Positions 19,365 to 29,550 of a DNA stretch of 64,000 nt are shown in pieces. Each line of letters starts with the position of its first letter. Position 1 is the stretch's first letter. The notes beneath the pieces are model-generated. The model had not been told where the DNA came from, made no database searches, and saw nothing but the letters and a program-made list of their open reading frames with translations. This stretch comes from Dehalococcoidia bacterium (GTDB taxonomy: Bacteria > Chloroflexota > Dehalococcoidia > UBA6926): positions 256,001-320,000 of the forward strand of contig CAXXET010000004.1 in NCBI GenBank assembly GCA_963666115.2, given 5' to 3'. Made by a program: the position numbers and the translations under genes.

Positions 19365-20564
19365 ATGATGCTGTCCACCAACAACACGGCCGCGACGTCG
19401 CGGCGCCGCATCGCGCAGCGCGTGGAGGACATCCCGCCGTCCGGCATCCGCAAGTTCTTCGACCTGATCGCCGGGCAGGAGGGGATTATCTCGCTCGGCG
19501 TCGGCGAGCCGGATTTCGTTACGCCGTGGCATATCCGCGAGGCGGCGATTGATTCACTGGAACGCGGCCACACGCATTACACGTCCAACTACGGCACGCC
19601 TGAACTGCGCACGGAACTCGCCGCCTACCTTGAACGACTCTACGGCGCGCGGTTTGATCCGCAGTCGGAGTTGCTGATAACAGTGGGGGTGTCGGAGGCG
19701 TTGGACCTCGCGCTGCGGGCGACGCTCGACCCGGGCGACGAGGTGATCACGGGCGACCCGTGTTACGTGGCGTATTTCCCCGTTGTGCATATGGCGGGCG
19801 GGGCCTTGATCACCGCGCCAACGACGATGGAGGATGAGTTCCAACTGCGGGCATCCGAGGTTGAGAAACTCATCACGCCGCGCACGCGGGCGCTGCTGAT
19901 CAACAACCCGTCCAACCCGACCGGCGCGGTGCTGGACAGGGCGACGGTTGAGGAGCTGTCCGAGATGGCCACGCGCCATGATCTGTTGGTGGTTGCGGAC
20001 GAAATCTATGACCGGCTCGTCTATTCGCCTGATGAGCCGTTTACGTCGTTTGCCTCGTCAGAGGGGGCGCGGGATCGGACGCTCGTTCTCGGCGGATTCT
20101 CAAAGTCGTTTGCCATGACGGGCTGGCGCGTCGGTTATGCGGCCGGCCCTGCGGACATCATCGCGGCCATGATGAAAGTCCACCAGTACACGATGATGTC
20201 CGCGCCAACGTCGGCGCAGGCAGCGGCGCTGGAGGCGCTGCGCGACGGCGACCGCGACGTCAGCGAAATGCGCGAGGCATACGATCAGCGGCGGCGACTG
20301 CTGGTTGAAGGGCTGCGTCGCATCGGCCTGCCCTGCGTGGAGCCGCGCGGCGCGTTCTACGCATTCCCGTCCATCATGCCGACGGGCATGTCGTCAGAGG
20401 AGTTCGCGGAGAATCTGCTCAAGGAAGAGGGTGTCGCCGTCGTGCCGGGCAGCGCGTTCGGGCCGTCCGGCGAGGGCTTCGTCCGGTGCTGCTACGCTGC
20501 CAGCGTCGAGGACATCGAAGAGGCGCTCACCCGCATGGGGCGGTTCGTGGAGCGGCACGCGTGA
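19365..20564 (+). CDS. class I/II PLP aminotransferase
   Basis: SGIRKFFD, GEPDF, NPSNPTG, DEIY, SKSFAMTGWRVGY. Confidence 0.93.
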   Translation: MMLSTNNTAATSRRRIAQRVEDIPPSGIRKFFDLIAGQEGIISLGVGEPDFVTPWHIREAAIDSLERGHTHYTSNYGTPELRTELAAYLERLYGARFDPQSELLITVGVSEALDLALRATLDPGDEVITGDPCYVAYFPVVHMAGGALITAPTTMEDEFQLRASEVEKLITPRTRALLINNPSNPTGAVLDRATVEELSEMATRHDLLVVADEIYDRLVYSPDEPFTSFASSEGARDRTLVLGGFSKSFAMTGWRVGYAAGPADIIAAMMKVHQYTMMSAPTSAQAAALEALRDGDRDVSEMREAYDQRRRLLVEGLRRIGLPCVEPRGAFYAFPSIMPTGMSSEEFAENLLKEEGVAVVPGSAFGPSGEGFVRCCYAASVEDIEEALTRMGRFVERHA

Positions 20565-20601
20565 GAGACGCAGCATAAGCCGATATAGGAAACACGCCCG
20601 A

Positions 20602-20629
20602 TGGATTCCGGCTTTCGCCGGAATGACGG
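20602..20629. repeat. REP-like palindrome family C
   Basis: TGGATTCCGGCTTTCGCCGGAATGACG. Confidence 0.85.
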
Positions 20630-20664
20630 AAAAGCACCCAGGCGGAGGGAAGGTGGGCTGAGCG

Positions 20665-21393
20665 ATGGTCGAGCAGGGATCGAACGGCCACGGGAATCCG
20701 CCGACGGCGAACGGGCCGGGCGAGCCGCCGCAGGACGATGATCTCGTCGTCACATTCACCGGCGTCTCGGCCAAGCCGAATGAAGACGGCACTATCGATC
20801 TCATCATCGGCACGAACCGCGGCGAGATCCAGGCGATTCTGCACCCGAAAGAGGGGCAGGACGGGGCGGTCATCTTCGTGGGCGGCGGGCGCGAACTGAA
20901 GGGGCCGGCGGACGGCATCTACGAGGAACTGGCCGGAACCCTTACCGACAAGGGCGTGACATCGCTGAGGTTGGGGCAGCGGAGGCCGGAGGTGTTCATC
21001 GAGGCCGTCGCGGACGTGCTGGCGGGAATCTCATTCATGCGGGGCATCGGCGCGCGGCGGCTGGCCCTCGTGGGCCATTCGTCCAACGGCGCGGTGGCCA
21101 TAAAGTCCGCGGCGTTCTCGCCGGATGTCGTGGCCGTGGCATCGCTGTCTGGCCAGACGTTTGGCGCGCAGGACGTGGCGGAGATCGCGCCGCGCCGCCT
21201 GCTTGTGGTGCATGGGCAGGACGATGACGTGCTGCCGTATTCGGACGCAGAACGCATCTACGAGTGGGCGGGGGAGCCGAAGGAGTTGATCCTGTATCCG
21301 GGCGCGAACCATGGGCTGAGGGAGGCGGGGGCGGAGTTAAGGGAGAAGCTGGGGGAGTGGATCGCGGAGGTTGTGGGGCCGGCGGCGGGTTAG
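20665..21393 (+). CDS. alpha/beta hydrolase
   Basis: GHSSNG nucleophile-like elbow, HGQDDDV, GANH. Confidence 0.8.
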   Translation: MVEQGSNGHGNPPTANGPGEPPQDDDLVVTFTGVSAKPNEDGTIDLIIGTNRGEIQAILHPKEGQDGAVIFVGGGRELKGPADGIYEELAGTLTDKGVTSLRLGQRRPEVFIEAVADVLAGISFMRGIGARRLALVGHSSNGAVAIKSAAFSPDVVAVASLSGQTFGAQDVAEIAPRRLLVVHGQDDDVLPYSDAERIYEWAGEPKELILYPGANHGLREAGAELREKLGEWIAEVVGPAAG

Positions 21394-21737
21394 GGTTCGG
21401 TTTCGTCTTCGCCGAAGACGTAGCGGACGCGGACGTAGCCCTCCTGGGCGGCGGGGGCGTTGGACAGCATCTCATCCCGGCCGTATGACTCGCGGTCCGA
21501 GTCTTCCCGGTAGACGTTGGTGACGTCGATGGCGTGGCCTGTCGGCTCGACGCCCTCGGTGTCGACTTCCTGCAGCGCGGACACGCTCTCGATGATGGCG
21601 TCAAGCTGGCCGCCGAACGACTCGATTTCCTCTTCGGTCATGCCGACGCGGCTCAACTCCGCCAGCGAGCGCGCAAGCTCCGGGCCGGAGCGGGCGTTTT
21701 CCCTCTCGTCCTGGTTCATTCTCAGGATGCTCCGCAC
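21390..21737 (-). CDS. gatC: Asp/Glu-tRNA amidotransferase subunit C
   Basis: LAELSR...LQEVDTEGVEPT...REDS...LSNAP...YVRV. Confidence 0.9.
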   Translation of the reverse strand: MRSILRMNQDERENARSGPELARSLAELSRVGMTEEEIESFGGQLDAIIESVSALQEVDTEGVEPTGHAIDVTNVYREDSDRESYGRDEMLSNAPAAQEGYVRVRYVFGEDETEP

Positions 21738-21801
21738 GATTTCACTGATGGTCAGCGGTTATTGTACTCCGATTGGGGCGGGGTCTGTCTCCTTTCGGTT
21801 T

Positions 21802-22328
21802 GGGGCTTTCTGCCTGGTCTTGGAGGGAACGCATCGCTGCCGGTTCCTGGCTGTTCGTCGGTTCGGGCCGGTGGCGCGCTTGGGTCGCAGCCAGGGGACG
21901 CCTGACGCTGGGCGGGTCTGCTGCGCCTGCAGTTTCCTCGCCCCATGTTGGGTGGACACGGGCCTTTCGATGGCGTTGGCCGTGTCCGCCTCCCGCCAGG
22001 CGATCACGTCGCCGGACGGGAAGTTCGTCCCTCGCGCGCAACACGCGGTTAACGTGAGCGGCGGCGGTCCATCCTCGCACAGCCGCGATGCCACTTCACG
22101 GATGTACGGCATGCCCCTAACGCAAATGCCGATGGCACTTGACCCGCGTCGGACGTTGCGCAGGGCGGCCCGCCAGGGTCATGGCATGTTTTGGGCCGCT
22201 ACGCGCTCCCGTCAGCCCACCGTCACTGATCGCCCGTGGCCACGAGCAAACCCGTCGTGGTTTCCTGGCCGGGTATGTTGAGGAACCTTGGCAGCGATGC
22301 GTTCTCTTTTCCCGTGCAGGGGGCGCCC
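21802..22328. ncRNA. candidate large structured RNA or MITE-like element (unidentified)
   Basis: Perfect 15-bp IR 21827-21841/22290-22304 plus many nested stems; no credible ORF. Confidence 0.5.
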
Positions 22329-22487
22329 TCCTGTGCGCTCCCGGGGATGGTGGTGGCGGCGGGGTTGTCGACGTTTCCCGCCACTGGGGGTATGGCTCGA
22401 CGTGGATGACTTTAGGACAGGTGTTTGGGGCGCGTCAAATGGGGGTGTCACCCTTCGACAGGCTCAGGGTGAACTGGGGGGCATCTC

Positions 22488-25400
22488 TTACCTGTCCGCC
22501 CGCTTTTGTGTCCCTTCCCCGTCCGGCTCCAGGAAGACAACGCGCGTTTTCTTGCCGCCGTGAATCTGCGGCTCACGGGCCAGCTTGCGCCTCAGCAAGT
22601 CAATTGGCCCACCGTCGTCGCACAGGCTTTCCGGCAACCCAAGCACGTCAACCAACAAGCGGCGATCCAACTCCGCCCGCGCTGGGTCCTCATCGATCTG
22701 GTCGAACGGCAGAAAGCGGCGGTCTTGCAGAGATTCAAACGCATCTTTGGCGGCTGCAACCTGCTCTGCTGAAAGTTTCGTCGCGTCAAGTGTGGGGATG
22801 TTGGGGATGCCGGTGACCGTTGTTGTGCCACGGCCCGATTGCGTCTTGTTTGACACCCACCAGTGCAGGAGGAGGCCAAGCGTCGAGTTGCACCACAAGG
22901 CGAACGCGTACTCATGATCACGGTTTTCGAAGATTACCGACGGCCAGGCGCGGCCACCGATGGCGGGTCGTTCGGTCATGGCAACGATGAGGGATTGGGA
23001 GTTGAATCGCAGATCGCGGTTGTAATGCGCGCGGGTCGCTGTGCCCCAAATGCGGGCAGCCCGATTTCTGAGTTCATCTTCGGTCACTCCGCCAGCAGCG
23101 CGCTTGATCCTGGCTTCAGAATCGGGAACGATGACCAGGTTGCGCTCTTCCCTGGCCTCGTGCGCCCAGAGCATCGGATACGTCGGCACCGGCGTGGCAG
23201 CGGGCTTGATCAATTCGAACGGGCCGCGCGGCGTTCCATCGCGAGTCTGTTCCGTAATGTCCCGGTCAACGGGGCCGCGGTTCGCGATTTCGCCCAATGT
23301 ACTGATGGGCAGCTGAAGACCCTCTGCAAGTGACTGCCCACCCTGGATTAGCGTGCCTTGCCTCAAGCGCATTGCAGCCTTCGCCAATTCCACGTCGACG
23401 ATGCCTGCCAGTAGCCACGGGCCTGACTCCGGCAAGGGCGCATCGACCACCACACCAAATGAACTTTCGCCCAACTGAATGTCGGTTACACCATTGGCTT
23501 CCTCAAACCGCCGAACGAGGCCTGCCTCCAGCAGCCGCCTGACTTCCGTTCCAAGCAAGTCTCCCGCTGCGGCGGACTGAACTTGCCGGTTCAGTACCAC
23601 GAAGGCGGCCCGTTTCTCATTGCTAGCGCACGACGCGGACTCCGTTTCCGAAGCGCGCCTTGCCACCAGCAGACATTCGGCCATGCCCGTGCTTGCCGAG
23701 AACGATGACGCATAGCTGCCCGGACTCGCGACCGTGACGACGATGATGTCCTCATATTCTTCGCGCCACCGGGCGCGGATTGCATTCCATGAACTGCCGC
23801 TCAGGGCGCTGAGAGGCAGCACCATGGCAACCGTTCCGTCGTCGCGAACCTTGCGATGGGCCAGTTCGACGAACTCGGATGCCTCGCCGGCATTGCCGTG
23901 CGACGGCGCTCCCCTGGTCAACTCCCTGACGCGGGCTGACATCGCTTCCTGTTGCTCCGGAGTCGTCTCGAAGGCGGCGAACGAGGGTATGGGCACGTCG
24001 GCGTGACCGGCCTCATGGTTGGTGGGGCGGGTAAAGGGAGGGTTCATGATCACGAGATCGAACTTGCCGTGACCGACCCGCGACACCAGGTTCCGGACTT
24101 CCTGGGGCGCGCGCCCTCCTGCTGAAACGGCGGCGGCGGTGTCCATCAACGACCATTGCACCGGCTCCTCCAGCAGGTCCAGGGAGCCGACGGCGATCTT
24201 GTGGTTCTCCTCTTGACCGTTGGAAATATCGCCGTTGCTGCGCCTGCCGTTGGACGGGTCACCATTATTCATGTAGCCGTAGGGCATGGTCAGGAGGCAC
24301 TCGCCGTCGAATGGCGTATCAGGGTGACTGCCCGCCAGCATCGCCGCAGTCAGGTGAACGGCAATGTTGACCACATCCAGCCCAACCAGACCGTGACGCA
24401 TCATGGGGCCGTGCAGCGTGCGCGGATCCCCGCCGTGCAGTTCGTGCAATAGCGACATCCGCTGGTAGGCCGTGGAGAGCAGGGTTCCGGTGCCGCAGGC
24501 AAAATCGCCGATCTGGGCGCCGGCCAGGGTGTCGCCGTCGCCCCAGTCCGCGCCGCCGAGCGGTTTATGCGCGGGGAGAGCGAGCGACGCAAGCAAAGCC
24601 GCCGACTCGGGCCGCGTGTAGTACGTCGCGAGGAACTGCCGGTCGGCTATGAGTTTCTGGAACACGATGCCTGTCAGGTCATGGGAACGGGTGACGCCGC
24701 CGGCGACCAGCGCCCGCGCTGTTTTCCACAGATAGTCGAGAACGTCGTGCGCCGTTGCCGTCGCCATACTGCGCACGATCTCCCGCGCCGACCAGAATAT
24801 CGGCCAGTAATTGACTTTGAGAATACGCTCCCATTCGTCGCACAGGTCGCCGTGCGCAAAGAGGCCTTGCCAACGGAACGTTTCGACATCACGCACCCTG
24901 CGCTCCGTCCCTCCATCCCGTTCCCGCACCGTGAAACCGGATTCGGACAACGCTTCATGGAAGACGAGCGCGTTCGCAATGACCGTCATGGCCATCCGGC
25001 GCGTCTGTCCATCCGTGTCGTCTGATTGGCCCAGGACGTCTGCTATGCGTTCTCCCAGTTCGGCGCCGAATGCGTGGCGGCGCGTCAAGCGTTCGGCAGC
25101 TACCCGAACGCCATTCTCCAGCTCGGTAGCCAATGCCTCGATTCGTGGGGGCGGGACGGCGGCGCGATGCACGAGCATGGCCAGATCACGGACGCCGCCG
25201 CGAATCCACCCCGCTGACGGCAGGCGGTCAGGCGGACCGTCGAGCTGGTGAGTGTATAAAGCGTATTCCAGGTCACGCGTGGTATCGATGGCGTCGCGCA
25301 GCATGGGGCCGTCCAGATTGTGGATGGCGTTCGGATAGACGAGGGCAATCGCGGTCTCGATATGCCGGCCCGTGCCGGCGACGGTCTGGCCAAGGCGGTT

Positions 25401-25613
25401 CACCGCGTCGAGTTCGGCGCTCAGATGGTTGCTGCGCTCGGCCTCGATGACGACAGGCCAGCCACTGGCTTCTTCGATGAGAATGTCCGGGCGGCCACCC
25501 TCCTCCAGGACGTTGCCCGTGCGCTCAGTGCGCGTCGTCCAACTCCGGCGCAGCCCGTCCAGCACCTCGCCAAGGGCGACGTTCAGCGTGTGTTCATGTG
25601 TGGCGGTAGTCAT
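22488..25613 (-). CDS. type IIG-like restriction-modification enzyme (nuclease-MTase-TRD)
   Basis: N-terminal GRPDILI...IEAE, YYTRP, DFACGTGTLL, DLVIMNPPF. Confidence 0.8.
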   Translation of the reverse strand: MTTATHEHTLNVALGEVLDGLRRSWTTRTERTGNVLEEGGRPDILIEEASGWPVVIEAERSNHLSAELDAVNRLGQTVAGTGRHIETAIALVYPNAIHNLDGPMLRDAIDTTRDLEYALYTHQLDGPPDRLPSAGWIRGGVRDLAMLVHRAAVPPPRIEALATELENGVRVAAERLTRRHAFGAELGERIADVLGQSDDTDGQTRRMAMTVIANALVFHEALSESGFTVRERDGGTERRVRDVETFRWQGLFAHGDLCDEWERILKVNYWPIFWSAREIVRSMATATAHDVLDYLWKTARALVAGGVTRSHDLTGIVFQKLIADRQFLATYYTRPESAALLASLALPAHKPLGGADWGDGDTLAGAQIGDFACGTGTLLSTAYQRMSLLHELHGGDPRTLHGPMMRHGLVGLDVVNIAVHLTAAMLAGSHPDTPFDGECLLTMPYGYMNNGDPSNGRRSNGDISNGQEENHKIAVGSLDLLEEPVQWSLMDTAAAVSAGGRAPQEVRNLVSRVGHGKFDLVIMNPPFTRPTNHEAGHADVPIPSFAAFETTPEQQEAMSARVRELTRGAPSHGNAGEASEFVELAHRKVRDDGTVAMVLPLSALSGSSWNAIRARWREEYEDIIVVTVASPGSYASSFSASTGMAECLLVARRASETESASCASNEKRAAFVVLNRQVQSAAAGDLLGTEVRRLLEAGLVRRFEEANGVTDIQLGESSFGVVVDAPLPESGPWLLAGIVDVELAKAAMRLRQGTLIQGGQSLAEGLQLPISTLGEIANRGPVDRDITEQTRDGTPRGPFELIKPAATPVPTYPMLWAHEAREERNLVIVPDSEARIKRAAGGVTEDELRNRAARIWGTATRAHYNRDLRFNSQSLIVAMTERPAIGGRAWPSVIFENRDHEYAFALWCNSTLGLLLHWWVSNKTQSGRGTTTVTGIPNIPTLDATKLSAEQVAAAKDAFESLQDRRFLPFDQIDEDPARAELDRRLLVDVLGLPESLCDDGGPIDLLRRKLAREPQIHGGKKTRVVFLEPDGEGTQKRADR

Positions 25614-25679
25614 AGCAAGTCTGCTTAGAGACTACACCAGAAACGAAGGTCGCCCCGGCACTCCCAGAGAGTGGGGGGA

Positions 25680-27056
25680 TTACTCTTTCTGTTGGCGGCG
25701 GATGGCCTCGTCGTGCTCGATGCGGGTTTTGATTTCGGCTTCGAGGCCTTGGTCTGTCGGTTCGAAGTAGCGATGGCCCTGAACCGGGTCAGGCCGCATC
25801 TGCTGGTCAACGACGTGGCCTGGGTAGTCATGGGGGTACTTGTAGCCATTGGCGTAACCCATGCGGCTCATCAGCGGGTGGGGGGCGTTGCGCAGGTGGA
25901 GCGGCACGGGCAGCGCGCCAGTGTTGCGGACATCCTGCTGCGCGGCAAGGTAGGCCTTGTAGGCGGAGTTGCTCTTGGGCGCGGCGGCGAGGTAGAGGCA
26001 TGCCTCTGACATGGGCAGGTAGCCCTCCGGCATGCCGACAAAGTGGACGGCCTGCTGGCAGGCGGTGGCGACGCTGAGCGCCATCGGGTCGGCCAGCCCG
26101 ATGTCCTCTGCCGCAAAGATCACCATGCGCCGCACGATGAACAGCGGGTCTTCTCCGCCCTCCAGCATTCGCGCCATCCAGTAAAGGGCGGCGTCCGGAT
26201 CGGAGGCGCGCATCGACTTGATGAACGCGGAGATGATGTTGTAGTGCTCCTCGCCGCCCTTGTCGTAGCGGACGGCACGGTGCTGCATGGCGTCCTCAAT
26301 GGTGGGGAGGTCAATGACGCGGCTGCCGTCAGGCTCCGGCAGCGTGGCGCTGACGGCCACTTCGAGGGCAGTGAGAGCCGCGCGGGCGTCGCCATCCGCC
26401 ATGGAAATCAGGGCGCTTTCCGCATTGTCGTCCAGCCGCGCGTTCAAGTGGCCGAGACCCTGCTCTTCATTGGTCAGAGCGCGGTCGACGAGTTCTCGTA
26501 TCTCATCTTCGGTCAGGGCATTGAGGGTGTAGACGCGCGAACGGGAGAGGAGGGGCGCGACGATCTCAAACGAGGGGTTCTCCGTCGTTGCGCCGATGAG
26601 GGTGACGGAGCCGTCCTCGACGTGCGGCAAGACGACGTCCTGCTGCGACTTGTTGAACCGGTGGATTTCATCGATAAACAAGATGGTGCGCTGGCCGGTG
26701 AGGCCGCGGCGCTGGCGGGCGTCGGCGAGGACGCGACGCAGGTCCGCGACGCCGGATTCGACGGCGCTGACAGGCTCAAAGTGGGACTGGGTCATGTGGG
26801 CGATGATTTGCGCGAGCGTGGTTTTGCCGGTGCCCGGCGGGCCCCACAGGACAATCGAGGGAACCTGATCGGCCTCTATCGAGCGGCGGAGGACATGGCC
26901 TTCGCCGACGATGTGCTGCTGGCCGACGAATTCATCGAGGGTTGTGGGGCGCATACGGGCGGCGAGCGGCGCCTCACGGGACAGGTGGTCTTCCCGCTGC
27001 TGCTCGAACATGTCGGGCTTGACTGCGGGGGAGGGCTTTGGGGTTCGCCTTGCCAT
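25680..27056 (-). CDS. rarA: replication-associated recombination protein A
   Basis: PLAARMRP, GPPGTGKTT, DEIHRFNKSQQD, ATTENPSF, SAFIKSMR, VPLHLRNAP. Confidence 0.95.
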   Translation of the reverse strand: MARRTPKPSPAVKPDMFEQQREDHLSREAPLAARMRPTTLDEFVGQQHIVGEGHVLRRSIEADQVPSIVLWGPPGTGKTTLAQIIAHMTQSHFEPVSAVESGVADLRRVLADARQRRGLTGQRTILFIDEIHRFNKSQQDVVLPHVEDGSVTLIGATTENPSFEIVAPLLSRSRVYTLNALTEDEIRELVDRALTNEEQGLGHLNARLDDNAESALISMADGDARAALTALEVAVSATLPEPDGSRVIDLPTIEDAMQHRAVRYDKGGEEHYNIISAFIKSMRASDPDAALYWMARMLEGGEDPLFIVRRMVIFAAEDIGLADPMALSVATACQQAVHFVGMPEGYLPMSEACLYLAAAPKSNSAYKAYLAAQQDVRNTGALPVPLHLRNAPHPLMSRMGYANGYKYPHDYPGHVVDQQMRPDPVQGHRYFEPTDQGLEAEIKTRIEHDEAIRRQQKE

Positions 27057-27079
27057 TTCGTTGCCGCCTTTGGGAATCA

Positions 27080-27931
27080 TTATAGTGGGGAAGCGGGCGG
27101 CGGCATGGAGTCCAGGTTGTTTTGGACTAGTTGGGTGGCGGGGTGGGCTTCGCCGCGGGTCTGCTCCAAGATGCGGCTTGCTCGCTCAAAGAGTTCTCGC
27201 GCGCCCTCCATATCACCCATGTATTGCAGGATTCCCGCAAGGTTGTTGGCGCGGATGGCGACTAGCGGGTGGTCTGCGCCGTAGGCCGCCTCGTCGATGT
27301 CCATGGCCCGCTGATAGCCCTCACGCGCTCCTTCAAGATCACCCAAGTCTCGCAGCACTCCGGCAATGTTGTTGACCTCGGCGGCAACGACGGGATCGTT
27401 CGGGCCGCGCTGTTGCTCATCGATGGCCAATGCACGCTCGTAGTACTCCTTCGCGCCGTCCAGGTCGCCGGACTCATGCGCGAGGCCGCCGAGGTTGTTG
27501 ATGATGGAGGCCACGAGCGGATGGTCGTCGCCGTGGATATCAACCAATATGTTCAGCGCCGTCTCCAAGTGACCTTTCGCGTCGTTGAAGTGTCCGAGTT
27601 CCTGCAGGACGCCGCCGAGGTTGTTGTGGACAATTGCGACGGCCTCATCTTTCTCGCCGTAGTGTTGGCGAGCGCGGTCAAGCGCCTGCTCATAGTGCTG
27701 GCGCGCGCCGCCCATGTCTCCCAGCTCCTGGAATACGGTCGCAAGATTGTTGAGGTCCTGGATGACGTTGGGGTGGGTCTCGCCGTGATCGTGGCGGTCG
27801 ATTTCGAGAGCCTTCTGCAGATGTTCCCAAGCCGTAAGAGGTTTGTCCTGCTCACGCGCCGACTGCGCCATGGCGCGGAGTTCGTCGGTTGAGAGGTCCT
27901 CGCCCTGCCCGTTCGTCACGTCGTCCGCCAT
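27080..27931 (-). CDS. tetratricopeptide-repeat protein (42-aa kinesin-light-chain-type TPRs)
   Basis: Five repeats resembling HPxVAxxxNNLxxxxxxxGDxxGAxxxYERAL. Confidence 0.9.
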   Translation of the reverse strand: MADDVTNGQGEDLSTDELRAMAQSAREQDKPLTAWEHLQKALEIDRHDHGETHPNVIQDLNNLATVFQELGDMGGARQHYEQALDRARQHYGEKDEAVAIVHNNLGGVLQELGHFNDAKGHLETALNILVDIHGDDHPLVASIINNLGGLAHESGDLDGAKEYYERALAIDEQQRGPNDPVVAAEVNNIAGVLRDLGDLEGAREGYQRAMDIDEAAYGADHPLVAIRANNLAGILQYMGDMEGARELFERASRILEQTRGEAHPATQLVQNNLDSMPPPASPL

Positions 27932-28713
27932 GTGAGAGTCATTCCGCCGTCGACGACGATGGTCTGGCCAACGATCATCTCGGACTCCGGCAAACAGAGG
28001 AACGCCACGGCGCGGGCGATGTCCTCCGGCTCAACCATGCGGCCGGCAGGAGTTTCCTGGGTGGCCTTGGCAATCATGTTCTCCCGATCCTCAAAGTGGT
28101 CGAGCGCGTCGGTCTTGACGAGTCCGCCGGAGACCGTGTTCACGCGGATGCCCTGCGGCGCGAGTTCGACGGCGAGATAGCGGGTGAGGGATTCAAGCGC
28201 CGCCTTGGAGACGCCAACGCTGGTGTAGTCGGCCATGACGCGCGTAGAGCCAACGCTGGAGATATTGATGATTGAGCCGCCTCCCTGGGCAATCATGTGG
28301 GGGGCGGCCAGCTTCGCGGCGAGCCAGGGAGCGCGCGCGTTGATGCCCATCGTCCAGTCCCAGTGCTTTGGCTCCAGCTCCGTCGCGGCGCGCTGGATGC
28401 CGGAGGCGGCGTTGTTGATCAGGATGTCAAGCCGCCCAAAGGACTCGATGACATTGGAGATTAGCTCTTCAACCTGATCCGGTTCGCCAACATGGGCCTT
28501 GAATGATTCGGCGCGGACGCCGTACCGTTCCGTGACGCTCTCGACGGTTTCCGTCGCTTGTTTGGGATTGCGGAAGAAGTTGACGGCAACGTTCGCGCCC
28601 AAAGAGGCGAGTTCACGAGTGATGGCGCGGCCGATGCCGCGGGAGCCGCCGGTTATGAGGGCGACTGTGCCATCCAAGGGCTTGCCGGAGTTTGCGTCGC
28701 TGCGTTGCGTCAT
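27916..28713 (-). CDS. fabL: SDR oxidoreductase, FabL-like enoyl-ACP reductase
   Basis: [22 protein letters not shown] (YxxxxxxK), [10 protein letters not shown]. Confidence 0.8.
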   Translation of the reverse strand: MTQRSDANSGKPLDGTVALITGGSRGIGRAITRELASLGANVAVNFFRNPKQATETVESVTERYGVRAESFKAHVGEPDQVEELISNVIESFGRLDILINNAASGIQRAATELEPKHWDWTMGINARAPWLAAKLAAPHMIAQGGGSIINISSVGSTRVMADYTSVGVSKAALESLTRYLAVELAPQGIRVNTVSGGLVKTDALDHFEDRENMIAKATQETPAGRMVEPEDIARAVAFLCLPESEMIVGQTIVVDGGMTLTWRTT

Positions 28714-29516
28714 GATGACTGCATTGTATCGCGGAGCATGGCGGTCTTTTGGGCGGTGATGAGCTTGGTGATGCCCTGCTGGGCGAGGTTGAGGACGGAA
28801 TCGAGTTGGGGGCGGGTGTAGGTTGAGCCCTCAGCCGTGCCCTGCACTTCCACGAGGCGGCCGGATTCTGTGGCGACGATATTGAAATCCGCTCCAGCCT
28901 CGGAGTCTTCTTCGTAGCAGAGGTCGAGGAGCATTTGCTCGTGAGATGCGCCGGCCAGAATGCCGACGGAAACGGCGGCGACAGCCTCCTTTAAGGGGAA
29001 GCTCGGGAAGGGGTCTTCGTCGCCGGCTTCCATTGCTGCGCGCTGCGCCCACTGTAGGGCCTGATAGAGCGCGACATAGGCGCCGGTGATGGCGGCGGTG
29101 CGGGTTCCCCCATCGGCCTGGATGACATCGCAGTCGACGGTGATGCTGCGCTCTCCAAGCGCGCCAAGGTCAGTGACGGCGCGGAGCGAGCGGCCAATCA
29201 GCCTCTGGATCTCTTGCGAACGCCCAACGTCCCTGCCCTGCGCCCTCGCCCGGGCCGTGCGCGTGTGGGTGGCGCGGGGAAGCATGGCGTATTCCGCCGT
29301 AACCCACCCCCGCTGCTGGCCCCGGAGCCAACCCGGCACTCGCTCTTCAATGGAGGCGGCGCAGAGCACCCGTGTATTGCCCTGCACGATGAGCGCCGAT
29401 CCCTCGGCGTGGTCAAGGTAGCCGGGGGTTATGGAGACGGGACGCAGTTCATCTGCGGCGCGGCCATCGGGGCGCTTCATCAATGTCATCCTGTCAAAGG
29501 TATCAACGTCTGTCAT
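28710..29516 (-). CDS. rph: ribonuclease PH
   Basis: [46 protein letters not shown]; start may be 29480. Confidence 0.96.
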   Translation of the reverse strand: MTDVDTFDRMTLMKRPDGRAADELRPVSITPGYLDHAEGSALIVQGNTRVLCAASIEERVPGWLRGQQRGWVTAEYAMLPRATHTRTARARAQGRDVGRSQEIQRLIGRSLRAVTDLGALGERSITVDCDVIQADGGTRTAAITGAYVALYQALQWAQRAAMEAGDEDPFPSFPLKEAVAAVSVGILAGASHEQMLLDLCYEEDSEAGADFNIVATESGRLVEVQGTAEGSTYTRPQLDSVLNLAQQGITKLITAQKTAMLRDTMQSS

Positions 29517-29550
29517 ACAGGACTATACTGTGGCGAACGGGAGGCGAACA

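Noticed and set aside
16610-21737. Split gatA/gatC arrangement as a novelty
   Set aside because: Dispersed gat genes are common; most simply a local rearrangement.
21740-22440. T-box leader for gatC, RNase P RNA or tmRNA
   Set aside because: No T-box GGTGGNACC sequence, RNase P GAGGAAAGTCC, or tmRNA termini found on either strand.
21517-22816. Several overlapping 60-250-aa ORFs in the gatC-RM gap
   Set aside because: R/P/G/A-rich, no recognisable motifs, no RAYT/transposase signature; they overlap real genes or the folded region.
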